From positions 124,001 to 177,954 of the forward strand of contig JAVKOQ020000097.1 in the NCBI GenBank assembly GCA_031835245.2: DNA of 53,954 nucleotides. The letters are read 5' to 3'. Of the stretch, positions 12,683-25,299 are shown piece after piece; positions within the stretch are counted from its first letter, which is position 1; the number at the start of each line of letters is the position of its first letter. The position numbers and the translations under genes are program-made. The notes below the pieces were generated by a model, which was given only the letters and a program-made list of their open reading frames with translations, was not told the DNA's origin and searched no databases. This stretch comes from Balamuthia mandrillaris (Eukaryota).

Positions 12683-14203
12683 GATGGTCTAAATGAAGTA
12701 AAGTCCTAAAAAACCATCAAAGCGAACGATGATTAGTTCAGTAAAATACAAACTTCAAAACTCGTTTCATCGATTTATTAATAATAAAAAAATCGATGAA
12801 ACGAGAGAAGATGGAGAAAGAAAGATCAAAGGGGTCCCCTAGATTTAAGATCCCTTTTGAAAAAAATTAAAAAAATAATAATAATAAAATTGGTTCGATC
12901 GAAAACGAAAAACAAACAAATCTCTTCTTTTTGTGCGTTCGTGCGCAGCAGAATTGATGCCCGTGTTTGACGATTGCGAGGTTGTGTTTTTTTTTTTATT
13001 CATGAAGGATGAAAGGGAAGAAAGAAAAACGAAAAAAAACTGAAGATAACAGAACAAAAGCAACCAACCTAGTGATGAAAAGGTGAATCAATGGGGATAG
13101 TGTCCAAGTGGCGGCGAGGCGCAATAAAACGTGCCAAGGCTAAAGATCAAGAAAAGAGGGTAAGAGAAGGCTATCAAAGAGTTTCTCTTCCCTCTGAACT
13201 CCTCTGTGCAGAGAGTTCGGCGGCTCGGTCCTGCCAAAAAGCTCTGATGTTGTGGTATTGTCGCTGGAAGAAAATGCTGGCGAAAGAGAGGGAAAGAGCT
13301 CTCCTTCAAATCAAAAAGTAAAAAAAACAACGTAGCAGAGGGACCGTGGTCGTGATGAACCCCCCAACAAAAAATAAAATAAAGAAAGTATGAAAAAGAA
13401 CAGTGGCAGAAAGAAAGAAGGCAACGATTGAACAGTGCAACGGTTGTGCTACGTTGGTTCAACACAAAAGTGAGAAAGTTGAGCTTCTTTCTGTCTGACA
13501 CTAGTTTCTCGTGCGGTACGTGCAAAAATAAAAAATATAAACCAAAATGTGTGTGTGTGTTGTGTGCAGCTGCGGTTCAACGAGTGAAGGTAGCAGTAAG
13601 CAGAGAGGGCTGAAAGGAACAAAAAAAAACAGGAAAGGGAGGGAGCAGCAGAGAGAAAGTGGAAAATTACAAAAAAGAAAGAAAAAATAATTTTTAAGGT
13701 GGAAGAAAGAGGCCAGGCCGGAAGGTGAAGAAGGAAAAATGACCAAGGAGGGAAACCGGGGGAAAATTTTTACCTATTAATTAACTCACCTAAAAAAACC
13801 GAAAGACAACCGCGGGGAGTACGCAGAAAATACAGGTTTCGTGTAACGAACGAGGGCTCCCTCCTCACTCCGCAGTTTTTGATTCGATGGTATAAACTCC
13901 TAACGGAGTTCTGGTATCCCTGAAGATCTCGTTGCTATGTTTATATTCCTAATTTGGTAAGCGAGATATATTGCACATGGTTTTTCACGGAAGCAACCTA
14001 GCGAAAATCCTCAGTCTGCGATTTTCTTCTCGCAAAATAGTCATTCGTTCCCATCTTTGAATTCCTATTGAGTGATTGCATGACGATCGATAGTACAAAC
14101 TAACCAGTCAAATGAAAAGCAAGAGATCTCAATTCTATTAGGTTGAGGGAAAGATCACTCAATAAACTAATACTGTAAAAACAAACAAACCCAAAAAGAT
14201 AAA

Positions 14204-16565
14204 ATGGAGACAGAACAGACAAGAGGGGGAGGAGCGCTGCGGCTGCAGCTGCAGATCAATGGGTGCCACTACTACGACCGCATGGTCGTACAGCTCAGTA
14301 GGGACACTTCAGTAATGAAGCTCTATCGCCAGGTGTGGAAGCAACTTGCGCTACCCAACATGGTAATTATATCCCATCATCTCATTGTTTTTTTTGTTAA
14401 CTGGGATACTTCTTTCTCTCTCGCTCGCTCTGCGTCTATCACTTTGTGACACTGCCCAGTTTTTGATCTGGGTGCCGCTTTTTCGTGGAGCGGTATGCAC
14501 CGGATGGAATCTGTTACAACGCGATGTTTCGCTCTCTGAGGCGCTCCTTCACGCGAAGCGGGAGCCCCCTTCCTCCGCCAAAGAGGAAGAGGAGGGGGAG
14601 GGGGAAGAGGAAGTGGAGGTCGTAAACCTACGAATGGACGTGCTGGAAGGAGGTAACTTCACGCTGAGAGGGTACAAAGATCTGAGTGAGTTATCTATGG
14701 AGTTTTTCTTGGACGTCTTTTCTGTCTCAACCTCTTCCTCTTCAAATAAGGTTTTTTTCTTTCTTCCTTACTCCTTTCTCCTCTCTTTTGCTGTTTCTTC
14801 TCACTTTGCTTCTTTCTCTACGGCGGAAAAAAAAACCAGAACAACTCAAACCAACAGCCTCTGCGAAGGACCCTGCTCAAAAGACTAACTCTCAGCCACA
14901 ACGGCCTTACACGCTGCTCCTTCTGCCCCATGAACGCTCAGCTCTTCATAGTCGATCTCTCCTTCAACGCCCTCTCCGCCATCCCCGAGGGATTCTGCCT
15001 CCAGGACCACGCCCCTCTCTTCGCTCATGTCAAAGAGTTGTCTCTGGCCTCCAATCGGTGGATCGAGGAGATCCCCTCCGAGTTTTGCCTTCAGCTCGCC
15101 GCCACCACAATCACCGATCTCGATCTCTCCAACAATGCCATTAGGGCGTTGCCCAAGGAGATGGGTCGCTTGGTCTACCTTCGACGACTAAACCTCAGCA
15201 TCAATCGCATTCGGACTATCCCCACGGAGATGGGTGCACTTCGATATCTCAGCATACTGGATTTGAGTCACAACCATTTGGGAGAAGATGAAAGAGAAAA
15301 GGAGAGCGAGCGGGGTCTCGTTTCTCCGCTTCCCGAGCAGGCACTGCAAGGATGGACGGCTCTTAAGGAACTCGACCTTTCTTGGAACAGACTGACAGAG
15401 TTGCCGCTACGGCTGGGCTGTATGACCGACTTGGAGGTGCTTCGTTTGGAACATAACTGTTTGACTCGTTTTCCGGAAGGATTATCTAACCTGCATGACC
15501 TCCTTTCTCTTGACTTACAAAACAATCGTATCACCACAACGAGAAACACTACTGAGTTTGATGAAAACAAACTAAGGAACCTCCAACCCCTCTTTCACTC
15601 GGAGATGATGTTGGAGAGTCTCAACCTCAACAACAACTGCTTAACAGAGCTCCCCGCTTCCGTTTGTAAGCTTCGTCACCTCAAGAAACTTTATCTTTCC
15701 GCCAATCGACTGACCGCTCTTCCTTCGCGCATCTACAAGTTGCGAGAGAGTTTGATGACTTTGGACCTTTCCTGCAATCATTTGTGCACACTTCCACCTT
15801 CCATCTCCTACATGACTTGCCTTGTTGGCCTCAACATTGCAAATAATAGCGAAACGGAGACTGAGACGGAGGAGAAAGAGAAAAAGGAAAAAGAACGGAG
15901 GAGCAAAGATGAAAACCTGGCTGATAGCCTATTTCTGGCGATGTTGCCTTCTGTTGGGGCTGTTCGACTTTATTACTCGTTTCGGTATGATGATGAGCAA
16001 CAACCAACGGGCAAGATGAATGAAAACGAAGCGCTGAATGCTGTACCTGTAGTAGAAGCAGAAGTACAACGACAAAAACAAGCCTCTCCTCCGTTGTTAC
16101 ATCCCAAATCCAAACAACCATCTCAGCAGTCTCTTTTGGACGAACCCAGTAGTCCATCCCTTATCCCTTCTACTGAAGAAAGCTCTTCCCCCCCTCCTTC
16201 CTTTAAACAACAACAAAAAGAAGAACAAGAAACAGAAGAACAAGAAGAGCTACAGCCTGAACAGCAGCAACAAGACTTGGATTCTCTTCCTGCGCTTTTG
16301 AAACGCGAAACCGATCTTTTGCTCATCGAGTCAGGACGAATGAAGCCAAATCCCTTCCCATACAAAATATCGATGGACAACGTGCAAATACGACGAAAGT
16401 TATATCAAGGTTCCTCTTCTATCGTTTATGAGGCGGAGTGGCGCGGTCTCGATTGCGCAGTAAAGCATTACCTTCTCCCCCCACCGGAAGAAAATTTGGC
16501 AAGAGAAGCGGTGATCTCTAAGTTTTGCAAAGAAGCTGGTCTTCTTAGGTACTTTCTTCATCACA

Positions 16566-16601
<36 letters not shown>

Positions 16602-16925
16602 CTCAACAACGATTCTCTTTTTTCGCACAGTTATCTCAAGAGAAAACACTTGTTCAAGGACCAAACAATATACTTTGTTGGGGCTTCAGTTACTCTTTCT
16701 TATCTCGCCATTATTTCTGAGCTCGCCATATGCAGCCTCCACGATGTTCTTTATCCATCCGAAGAACCTTCTGCTACCTCTTCATCGCTGCAGCTCTCCT
16801 TTGATGAGCGCATGTTCATCGCCTACCAAATAGCACAAGCCCTGGAAGAGCTTCATGATTCCAGCAAACGCGTTCAAGGAGGAGTAGATATCATTCATAA
16901 TGCCCTTCACTCCAGGAATATTCTG

Positions 16926-16972
<47 letters not shown>

Positions 16973-17445
16973 CAATAATTTTTGCTTACTCAAGGACATT
17001 AAAAAAACAAAAGATTATGGACGATAAGTTAACAGTAAAACTCTCAGGCTTTGGTCACAGCAACTTTTTAAGCTACGGCCCAAAGGGAGAATGGTGGGGT
17101 GACGATTTTATTGGTGGTACCACTCTCTCTCGCTCACTTCGTGCTCTTCACCTTCAACGACTTCAAAACCCAATGTGCGAGAATACAACTTCTTCCTTTG
17201 ACTGTCTTGCTCCTGAATGCAAAGCCAAAGGCATCTTTCACGCTTCTTCAGACATGTACAGTTTCGGTCTTCTTTTGCGAGAACTTTTCCGGTTAGACGA
17301 TGAGAAAGGAGAGGGATGGCAGATGACGAACCAGCAACGAGAAAGGGTGGAACAGTTGGTACAAGATCTTTGTCAAGAGCGGTGGGAGGCTCGATGGAAT
17401 GCAGGAGAAGTAGTCGAGTGGATGAAGAAGATGAGCCACAAGTGA
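14204..17445 (+). CDS. LRR protein with a C-terminal TKL-like pseudokinase and a possible N-terminal ubiquitin-like domain
   Basis: About 11-12 LRRs (LxxLxLxxNxL) at 14930-15850. Kinase fold: YQGSSSIVYEAEWRGLDCAVK, KEAGLL, HNALHSRN, SGFG, LAPE, SDMYSFG. Introns near 14362-14459, about 14751, 16549-16630 and 16926-17012. Confidence 0.82.
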
Positions 17446-17698
17446 AGCGACTGACCTAACCTCTTCTTCTCTCCTTTCTTGCTTCCTTTCTTCTTTTATA
17501 TGATGAGGATTAAACAACACAAACAAACATAACAAAGACAACAACAGGAACAACACTAAGTTTTTTTTGAAAAGTACGCCAAGACTCTTCCTTTGGCCTA
17601 TTATTAATGTTTTTTTTGGGGGCTATGCACAGTGTGAAAAAAAATATCTCTAACTTCTCTTTCTCTATCCCACATCACATATGCACACGCAGGGTTCT

Positions 17699-19645
17699 TT
17701 AGACAAGAATCCAGTTGAGCCAGAAAGAACGTTGGGCATCGAGACTGGCAGCGCTATCAACATCCACAATGATGCCACCAGAGGGCAGAGTGGTGCCTAC
17801 CACATCCTGGAAGACCTCCAAGTTGTTGCCACCGGTGGCGAAGATTACCACGGCCTGATTCTCATATTCGGTCAGAGGAACGTTCCTGGTGTAGCCTTCC
17901 GTCAAGCTGTCAGTGCCAAGGGTCATCACGGCAGCTCCGGTGGAAGGCAGGGTCACGAGCTCTGACCTCTGGAAGAGAGGAATGTTCTCATCGATGCCGG
18001 CGGCAGGAGCACCTGCTACGACGAGCTCTGCATCTAGAGAGTCTCCGGCCACGGGAGCCACGTTCCAAATGACAGTGCTGGCATAGTCGGCGGTGGGTGC
18101 CGGGAAGACCACGGGAGAGAAGAGAAGGCGAGCACGGGTGGAAGTGTCACCGCCCAGCTCTCCAGCGATCACAAGATAGTTGACCACACCACGGCCGGAG
18201 AAGAGTGCCACGTTCTCCGAAAAGAAGGTGTTCTTGTGGTGGCTGTGGTCCGTCACTTTCACCTTGGTGAAATCACAGGTGAACTGATAGTCATCGTGGG
18301 TAGAGGAGGAGGAAGAGGAGGAGGAGGAGGAGGAGGACGAAGAAGAATCTGCTTGTGCGGCCAACTCCCCGGTGATAGTGGCGATCTGGCCATACTTCAA
18401 GCCGCTGGCGATGAGCTGTTGGTCAAAGTAGATGTCGACATCGGGTGCGTGCTCGATGGTGTGTACCATCTTCACGATGCACTGCTCCTCGGCTACAACA
18501 GCAGCGGCGGCCTCCTCCGCCTTGGGCGCATGGTCAGGCTCCAAGTAAACTGCAGTGTGCTTGTCTCCAACGATGAACGCCGTGACGGCCTCTCCATCAA
18601 ACTCTCGGTGCAAAGCCAACTCTCTGAAGTAGGCTGTCTCGCCGGTGGCCACCGCGTTGATGTTGGCACCCAGTACGGCGTCGCTGGAGATCGCAACGTA
18701 GCGGTCCGTAGGCGTACGCTCATAGAGATCTAGCACGTTATCCTCAAACTGAGCGGGGGCCAACTCCAAGCGAACGGGCTCCGGCACGGCAGGGGAGACA
18801 TGCCAGACAGCAACGTTGGTGGAGCCGTGAGGGGTCTGCGGGACGACCACCGGCCTGTAGAGAATGCGAATGGAGGTGTCGGCAAAGATGTTGCCGCCCA
18901 CCTGACCAGCCAGCACGATGTAGTTCACCACGTTGGGGCTGGAGGAGAACTCGAAGCGGTCCACCAGGATGAGGCCGTCCTCGGAGCTTTCCGCTGGGAA
19001 AGGATACGAGGCCGAATCGCTGTAGTCAGAAAAGCTGTGGGAGGAGGAGGAGTCATCCATGGAGGTATCGACGACGACAGGAGCGGCGGCGATGGCCTCA
19101 GCGTCGTTGATCACAGCGGGACCGTCGTGCTGGGAGTAGGAATCATCGGAACTGCTATCCCCTCGGCGATTCCTCAGGTTCACGTTAACACCCTCGGTGC
19201 CCAAAAGGTCGAAGACGTCTCCTGCCGTAACCGAAGAGCTGGAATCTCCATCTGCCACAACAACCGGAACGCCAGCCACTTGTTCCTGCGTACCATCGCT
19301 CGAGCTGGAAGAACTGGAAGAACTATCATCGTAGTGGCTAAGAACGACGGCGACCTCGACGGGACCGCAAGGCCCGTGAGAGTGCTCGCTGTGCACGAAG
19401 CTCAAGCCCCTGGCGTGGCGTTGGCCGTTGACGAAGACGTCCACCTTGGGGAAGTTCTCGATGGCGTTGAAGATCTTGAGGGGGCAATCCCTGGCGGCAG
19501 GAGCGGCGGCGATGGCCTCCTCCTCGTGATGCGGCTTGTGGTCGTCTCCCGGATGAACGCCCTCCTCGTGCACCTGCTCGGAGGGAGCGATGCAAAAGGC
19601 CAGCAGCAATGCTAATAGAGCCGAGATCAACCACGTGCGTCGCAT
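17699..19645 (-). CDS. Secreted protein with two DUF4397-like double beta-sandwich repeats and Ser/Asp-rich inserts
   Basis: Uninterrupted 648-aa ORF with signal peptide (MRRTWLISALLALLLAFCIAPS). Repeats CPLKIFNAIENFPKVDVFVNG / CIVKMVHTIEHAPDVDIYFD and VWHVSPA / IWNVAPV. Confidence 0.8.
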   Translation of the reverse strand: MRRTWLISALLALLLAFCIAPSEQVHEEGVHPGDDHKPHHEEEAIAAAPAARDCPLKIFNAIENFPKVDVFVNGQRHARGLSFVHSEHSHGPCGPVEVAVVLSHYDDSSSSSSSSSDGTQEQVAGVPVVVADGDSSSSVTAGDVFDLLGTEGVNVNLRNRRGDSSSDDSYSQHDGPAVINDAEAIAAAPVVVDTSMDDSSSSHSFSDYSDSASYPFPAESSEDGLILVDRFEFSSSPNVVNYIVLAGQVGGNIFADTSIRILYRPVVVPQTPHGSTNVAVWHVSPAVPEPVRLELAPAQFEDNVLDLYERTPTDRYVAISSDAVLGANINAVATGETAYFRELALHREFDGEAVTAFIVGDKHTAVYLEPDHAPKAEEAAAAVVAEEQCIVKMVHTIEHAPDVDIYFDQQLIASGLKYGQIATITGELAAQADSSSSSSSSSSSSSSSTHDDYQFTCDFTKVKVTDHSHHKNTFFSENVALFSGRGVVNYLVIAGELGGDTSTRARLLFSPVVFPAPTADYASTVIWNVAPVAGDSLDAELVVAGAPAAGIDENIPLFQRSELVTLPSTGAAVMTLGTDSLTEGYTRNVPLTEYENQAVVIFATGGNNLEVFQDVVGTTLPSGGIIVDVDSAASLDAQRSFWLNWILV

Positions 19646-19940
19646 GCTTCTTGTTTACGATGTCTGACTTTTCTTTTTTTTTATATAACAAAAAGATATA
19701 TGAAGCGGGTTAACAACCTGTAAAAACAGCGAAGAGAACCGATAGAGAGAAACGGGTACCTTCTCGTTTGTTTGTCTAACAAAAAAAAAAAAATAAGCGA
19801 GCCTTTCTTTCTTATCCAAACTGACTTGTTGTTGTTGGGTGGTGGTGGGGGTGGGGGTGGTGGTGGTTTGGAGTTGTGTGAAGCGTTTGTGTTGTGAAAA
19901 ATGAGAAAAGAGAGAAAGCTTTTTGTGTTTTTTGCAGGCC

Positions 19941-19947
19941 ATTTATA
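19941..19947 (-). promoter_or_regulatory. TATA box upstream of the 19645 gene
   Basis: TATAAAT on the minus strand with GC-rich sequence (CCTCCCGCCC) upstream, about 300 bp before the ATG; a 5'UTR intron is likely. Confidence 0.45.
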
Positions 19948-20653
19948 AAGGGCGGGAGGAGGTCCACCGCCCCTCCGAGAGATTGAGTGAAGAGACGTAG
20001 AAAATAGAGGGAGAGAAAGGAAACGATTGGCCGCTCGCCAATATTCGCTGCCTGGGGGAAGGAGGAAGGGGGAAGGAGGAGTTCGCCTCCGAGGCTCATA
20101 CATGCTGCTGGCGTGGGCTGCAAGGGGAGAGAGCAAGCAGAAATATCACAGGCAACACGGAGTGAAGACAGGTTGAATCGGTAAGTATTCGGCTGAAACT
20201 CTCTCCCTTCCACTTCATTTTTTTCAACCCTTTTCGACAATCGTTTTAAACATTTATTTTTTTATTGTTTTTTGTTTTTATTTTTTTTGTAAAACGTTTT
20301 TTTTATTTATTTTTTTTTATTTATTTTTTATTTTTTATTTTATTTGTGTTTTTTTGACAGTTTTGTTGAACGAAAATAAAAAGGTGGTGTTGAAGGGAGC
20401 CAAACAAGCGGCTCTCCACGGGGACAGAGAAGACCGACTTGGATGACACAGAAATCCGAAAGGTTCAACTCTCTCTCTCTCTTTTCTCATTTATTTTTTT
20501 TTAAACATTTTTTTTTATTTTTTTATTTTTTTATTTTTTGTTAAAACATGTTTTTCTTTTAAGAAAGATCAGAAAAACTTTTTTTTTTTGGGTTTCATAC
20601 ATTATTCTTCGTGGAATAATCATAACTCTTCTCTCTCTCTCACCTCTTTTTTT

Positions 20654-21556
20654 TTAGGCAAGCAGTTGCAAGAGAAGGCTGTCGAGAGAGGCAGCGGAGG
20701 AGGCAGGCGGAGGAGGAGCCGCGGAGGAGGACTCTTCCTCAGGAGGAGGAACGACATCATCCCCATCAAAGCTGGTGGCTCCGTCGAAGAAGTCGTCGTT
20801 GCTCATGCTCTGGCTTCCGCCGGAGGAGGCAGGGGCCTCGTCCCTCTCCACGAACAGCTGCATGGCCTCCGCTCCGGCCAGGAACACGGTGAAGCTGCCG
20901 CCATCCATGGCCAGCACGTCCAACGTCTCGTTCAACAGCTGCTGTTGCTGGTCGTCCAAAACCTCGACTCGCACGGTGGAGGCGGAGGGTATGTTCTGGT
21001 TCTCAGGGGTCCTCTGGAAGAGCTCCACGTTGATGCCACCCTCCTGAGAGGGCGTCTCATCCACGAACACCTGTAGGGTGACTGGAGAGGGGGTCACGGC
21101 AGGCGCCACGTGCCAAAAGCCAACGCTGACGGTGCCTGCCTCCTGTGGGGTCATCGCGACGACCTCCTGGTGCAACAAACGAGGGGCAGTGGCCTCGTCC
21201 GTCCCGTCCACAATGCCAGCCGCCACGATGTAGTTGATGATGCCACCATCCGCCACGGAGAGGGTCAGAGGCTCTTCCAGCAGAGGGGCCTCCCCTTCGG
21301 CTGCTCCTGTGGGGAGGACTCTCAGGGTTTGGCCCGTGCAGGGGATTCCATCGATGACCTGGCTGGTTCCGGGAGAGATGTCCGTTGCCAAAGGTTCAGC
21401 GGGGGGTTCGCCTTCGGCGGGCACGAGGAGCAGGTCTACGTTGGGTCCGTTGGCGAGGGCGTGGAAGAACTTGATGGAGCAGCTCTCCTGGGAGAGCACC
21501 GAGGTCGTTGCGCACAGGAGCGTCACTGCTATCAAGAACAAGTACGTAGTCTTCAT
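20654..21556 (-). CDS. Secreted single-unit DUF4397-like protein, paralog of 17699-19645 and 34730-41076
   Basis: Uninterrupted 300-aa ORF with signal peptide; CSIKFFHALANGPNVDLLL...C, INYIVAAG, VGFWHVAPAVTPSPV, FQRT, FTVFLAG. Confidence 0.82.
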   Translation of the reverse strand: MKTTYLFLIAVTLLCATTSVLSQESCSIKFFHALANGPNVDLLLVPAEGEPPAEPLATDISPGTSQVIDGIPCTGQTLRVLPTGAAEGEAPLLEEPLTLSVADGGIINYIVAAGIVDGTDEATAPRLLHQEVVAMTPQEAGTVSVGFWHVAPAVTPSPVTLQVFVDETPSQEGGINVELFQRTPENQNIPSASTVRVEVLDDQQQQLLNETLDVLAMDGGSFTVFLAGAEAMQLFVERDEAPASSGGSQSMSNDDFFDGATSFDGDDVVPPPEEESSSAAPPPPASSAASLDSLLLQLLA

Positions 21557-22220
21557 TTTTTACAACAAAAACTTTTATTTTCTGTTTCTCCTTCTTTGAA
21601 GATGTTTAATGTGTATTGTGTGTTAACGCAAATGTTATGTTAAAGCAAGAAAGAAAAAGAAGCAGCCCAGATGAAGGACGTTATTTATCTGCAATGTTGC
21701 CGGGCCATTGAGGAAGCATTACAACGGGTTTCGTGTAATGTTGACCAATCAACGCCTTTCATGGGAGCCGTTTCGTAAAGAACATATGAAATTCACGTCG
21801 AAAGGAATGAAGGAGGAAACGCGTCTCTCCCCTATATATGAAGTTTCGAGGAATGGCCCCGCCTGTTATCTCCCTTCGCCCCTATTTGGGCTTTCATCTG
21901 GTGTTGGTGGTTTTCTCTCTGTTCCACGCCGAAAGGCAATGGAGCCGTTGCTTTTTTAGAAACTCGGAGAGAAACAGGAAGAGAAACGAAAGAAACAAAA
22001 CATTATATCATAAAAACGTGTTTCCATATAAAATGACTCACTGTTGCCATAAAAGGAGATGTGGCGCCGCTTGAGCAAACAGCAATAAAATAAAAAAAAA
22101 TAGAAAAACTCTTAGGGCGGGTCTCTTCCCTGGGAGTGCTTCTTTTTTGGGGCAGGTTTCCTTTGTTTCTCAACTATTATCAACTTCTAACGACTGGTTG
22201 TTCTGAAGGAAGTCGCAAAG

Positions 22221-23191
22221 ATGCAGTGCACGGCGTGCAACACAAATGTTACCTCTGACCGGGCGAGGTTCTGCCCCAGTTGCGGCAACATCTGCAAGCC
22301 ATTGGTAGGAGGGAGCGTGATCCTCCAACCTTCTGCAAGTCGGTCCAACACAACGAATAACTTTGGTTCGATGAGAGTTGGAGGCAGTGCTATAGCGTCT
22401 CGTATGGCAGCTTTCCAACAGCCACAAGACTCATCCGACCAAAAACGAGGCAACGTTGCTTCAACCACCAACAAATTCAACACCGTGGGAAGAGCTTCCT
22501 TTGGAGGGACGGGCAACCGGCTGAAAGCGTTTGAGACGTTGGAAGAAAACAAGGAAAGCAGCAACGTTTCATCGGCACCTAAAACCCCTCAAAACTCTCC
22601 AGTCGAACCTCAAAGAACTGTACCTTCTCCAGTATGCCCTACTGCAAAGCAACAACAACAAACCCAACCAAAACCAAACGCCTCCTCTCCTCGACAAAGG
22701 GAGAACTCTCCCCTGGAAGTACGCAAGAAAAATGAACAAGGACAGGAACACATTGGATCTTTGTCCTCCCCAATGAAGGGAGAAAGAATCATAGTCGAGG
22801 AGATCATTGAAGAAATCATAGAAGAAGAGGAGGAAGAGGAGGAAGAAGAAGAAGACGAAGGATTTGGTCCCTGCACCAAATGCAAAAAGAACGTCGTTGG
22901 CAAGGCCTCTTTGGACCACCTTGGAAGAAAGTACCACCCTCCGTGCTTTGCCTGTACGGTCTGCTCGAAGCCGATCGCAGGGAAGTACAGCCTCGATGGA
23001 GATAGCTTCCGTTGCGGCACTTGTGGTCCGCTCAAGGTTCTCGTCTCGAAGAATTGCAGTTCTTGCTTCACTCCGATAGTGAACTCGGACGGCTATAACT
23101 TTGAGGGGAAGAGCTACCATAAGGCCTGCTTTGTTTGTACTGTATGCTCCACTCACCTCGGAGGCATCAAGTTTACTTTCGAAGATGGTAT

Positions 23192-23223
<32 letters not shown>

Positions 23224-23586
23224 ATGCTCTCCCATACTCTCTCTCTCTCTCTCCTCTCTCTTCCTCGCTGATAATCGCTTTTCAAGGACAACTTCGCTGT
23301 AAGTCATGCCTTGCAACCCAAAAGGGTGCTTTCTGTGCTGGTGCGTGCTACACTTCTCTTTCTTCTTTTCCTCCTCCTCGCGCATCTCTAATTCCTCGGT
23401 ACTTAATTGACGTGTTCTCAAGCGTGCGGCAAAGTGGTGGACACGGTCGGCGTAACAGCCTTTGTGAGCCTAGTGTACCACGAACAATGCTTCCGTTGTT
23501 GCGATTGCAAAAGGGTCATCTCCAAGAAGGAAAAGTTCTTGCCCAAAGGGGACAAGCCGTGGTGTTTCGATTGTGCTGCCAAGTAA
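22221..23586 (+). CDS. LIM-domain protein (N-terminal zinc ribbon + 3 LIM domains)
   Basis: CTAC...CPSC; CTKC...YHPPCFACTVC...CGTC; CSSC...YHKACFVCTVC...CKSC; third LIM CGKVVD...YHEQCFRCCDC...WCFDC. Introns about 23188-23287 and 23342-23421; TAA at 23584-23586. Confidence 0.9.
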
Positions 23587-23729
23587 CTTTTACTATAGTG
23601 CCACGTGTTCATTTTAAAATATTCACATTATATTAAAAAAAAAAAAGAAAGACGATTCTTTCTTTGCTGTTGTAACTTTTTATACAAAAGGTGTTTGTTG
23701 TTGTCTACAGGGTTTTTGTTTTTGTATAC

Positions 23730-24836
23730 TTACACTCCATCTTCTCCCTCTTTTGCTTTTGGTTGAAGGTGGTCCTTTGCCAAGTACACCAATATCTCTT
23801 GGAGCAGCGCGTTCCCTCCCAAACTTTCAATCTCTCTCTCCACGTCGTGGTATAATTCCTTCAAGACGTTGAGAGTGTACTCGAACGACTTGGTTTGCTT
23901 CATGTACTGCACCGCGTAGTGCTTGACCTCCAGATCGGTCGTTCGTTGCTTGAGGATGCTGGGGAGACGGTGGTCTCGTGGGTTGCTGCGAATGCTGTGG
24001 ATGATGGGGAAGGAGTATTTGCCTTCGGTTAAGTCCTCGCAGAATCCTTTATTCTCGGTCATCTGTGTTTCGTTACGCGTTTAGGAAGAGGTAGGCAAGA
24101 GAGACGAGAGAAGTGAAGAGAAACAGAAAGAGAGACAAAAAGATGGTACCGTTGTGGATTGGAGATTCATGTAGTCGTCTCTGATTTGGAAGTAAACGGC
24201 TAACTTGTTAACCAAAGGTATAAAGTCCCGCTTATCCTCGCTGAAACACTGCATCATCTTCACTCCAAGTCTGAACAAACCTCCCGTCTCTGTTGTACGT
24301 ATCAACGTTAACATACTTCTTAAATAAAACGGAAAGGGAAAATTAAACTGAGGAGGAGCAAAACATACTGTCGAGAACCATTTTTTTGTATTCTTCTTCG
24401 GTGGGAGCTATTTGGTGATCACGCCAAAAGATATCGTATCCTTGACCATGGTGCAACCGCAGCATTTCCTCTGTACTCATTGCCATTGTTAATAACCAGT
24501 GTTGAACTCTTCTGCTTCTTGTTCTTGTTCTTCTTCTTGTTCTTCTTCTTCTTCTTCTTCTTCTTCTGCTTCTTCTTCTCTCTTCTCTCTCTTCTCTCTC
24601 TCTCTTCTCTCTCTCTCTCTCTCTCTCGCTTCCACTAGTCTCTTTCTGCTTTTGTACGCACTGAAATACAACAGAACGTACCAAGAAAGACTCTGTTTGC
24701 TTCGTGGTTGTGTAGCTCTGAGCATTTCTGCAACGCAACAAAGTAGGCATAATTGGCACAGTTAATAGTGGACGGCACTCCATACACCACATGGGCCACT
24801 GAAAAAACCAAGAGTGAGCGAGCGAACATTCACATG

Positions 24837-24867
<31 letters not shown>

Positions 24868-25299
24868 CCAGGAATGCCTCTTCGGAGCTTTGAGTTGTCT
24901 TCAATGTCATCGATGCTATCAATAGACAGTTAAGTCAGAGAAGCAGAGAACAAGGGAGCAGAACAAAGAGAAGAGAGAGACGAAAGGAGAGAGCGACAAG
25001 ACGAGAGTGAAGATATGAGAGAAGAGCGAAGTGACTTACAGAAGACTGGAATTGTGCAGCATTGACACGATGGTTTTGATCTGCTCCAAAGAGGGTTCCG
25101 GGATCTGCAACCACAGGTTAAACGCATTGATCAGCTTGCTCCGAATGTCCTTGCCAGGCACTTGCAACAAGTATTGAAAAGGTTCCATCAAAATCTATGC
25201 CAGAAAACCGCCCCAAGTCAGCTGAGAGGCCAGACAAAATAACCCGTTCAAAAACGTTCAACAAACCTCTCCGTCATCGTAATCCGGCTTTTGTTCCAT
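23730..25299 (-). CDS. GGPS1: Geranylgeranyl diphosphate synthase (type III)
   Basis: [110 protein letters not shown] across about 7 exons. Confidence 0.95.

Noticed and set aside
13088..13746. Small ORFs 13091-13321 (+) and 13088-13525 (-)
   Set aside because: No recognisable domain or consistent splice model; a small gene cannot be excluded.
13943..13951. ATATTCCTA matching U17/snR30 motif m1
   Set aside because: No same-strand m2 (AAACCAT) or correctly placed ACA box.
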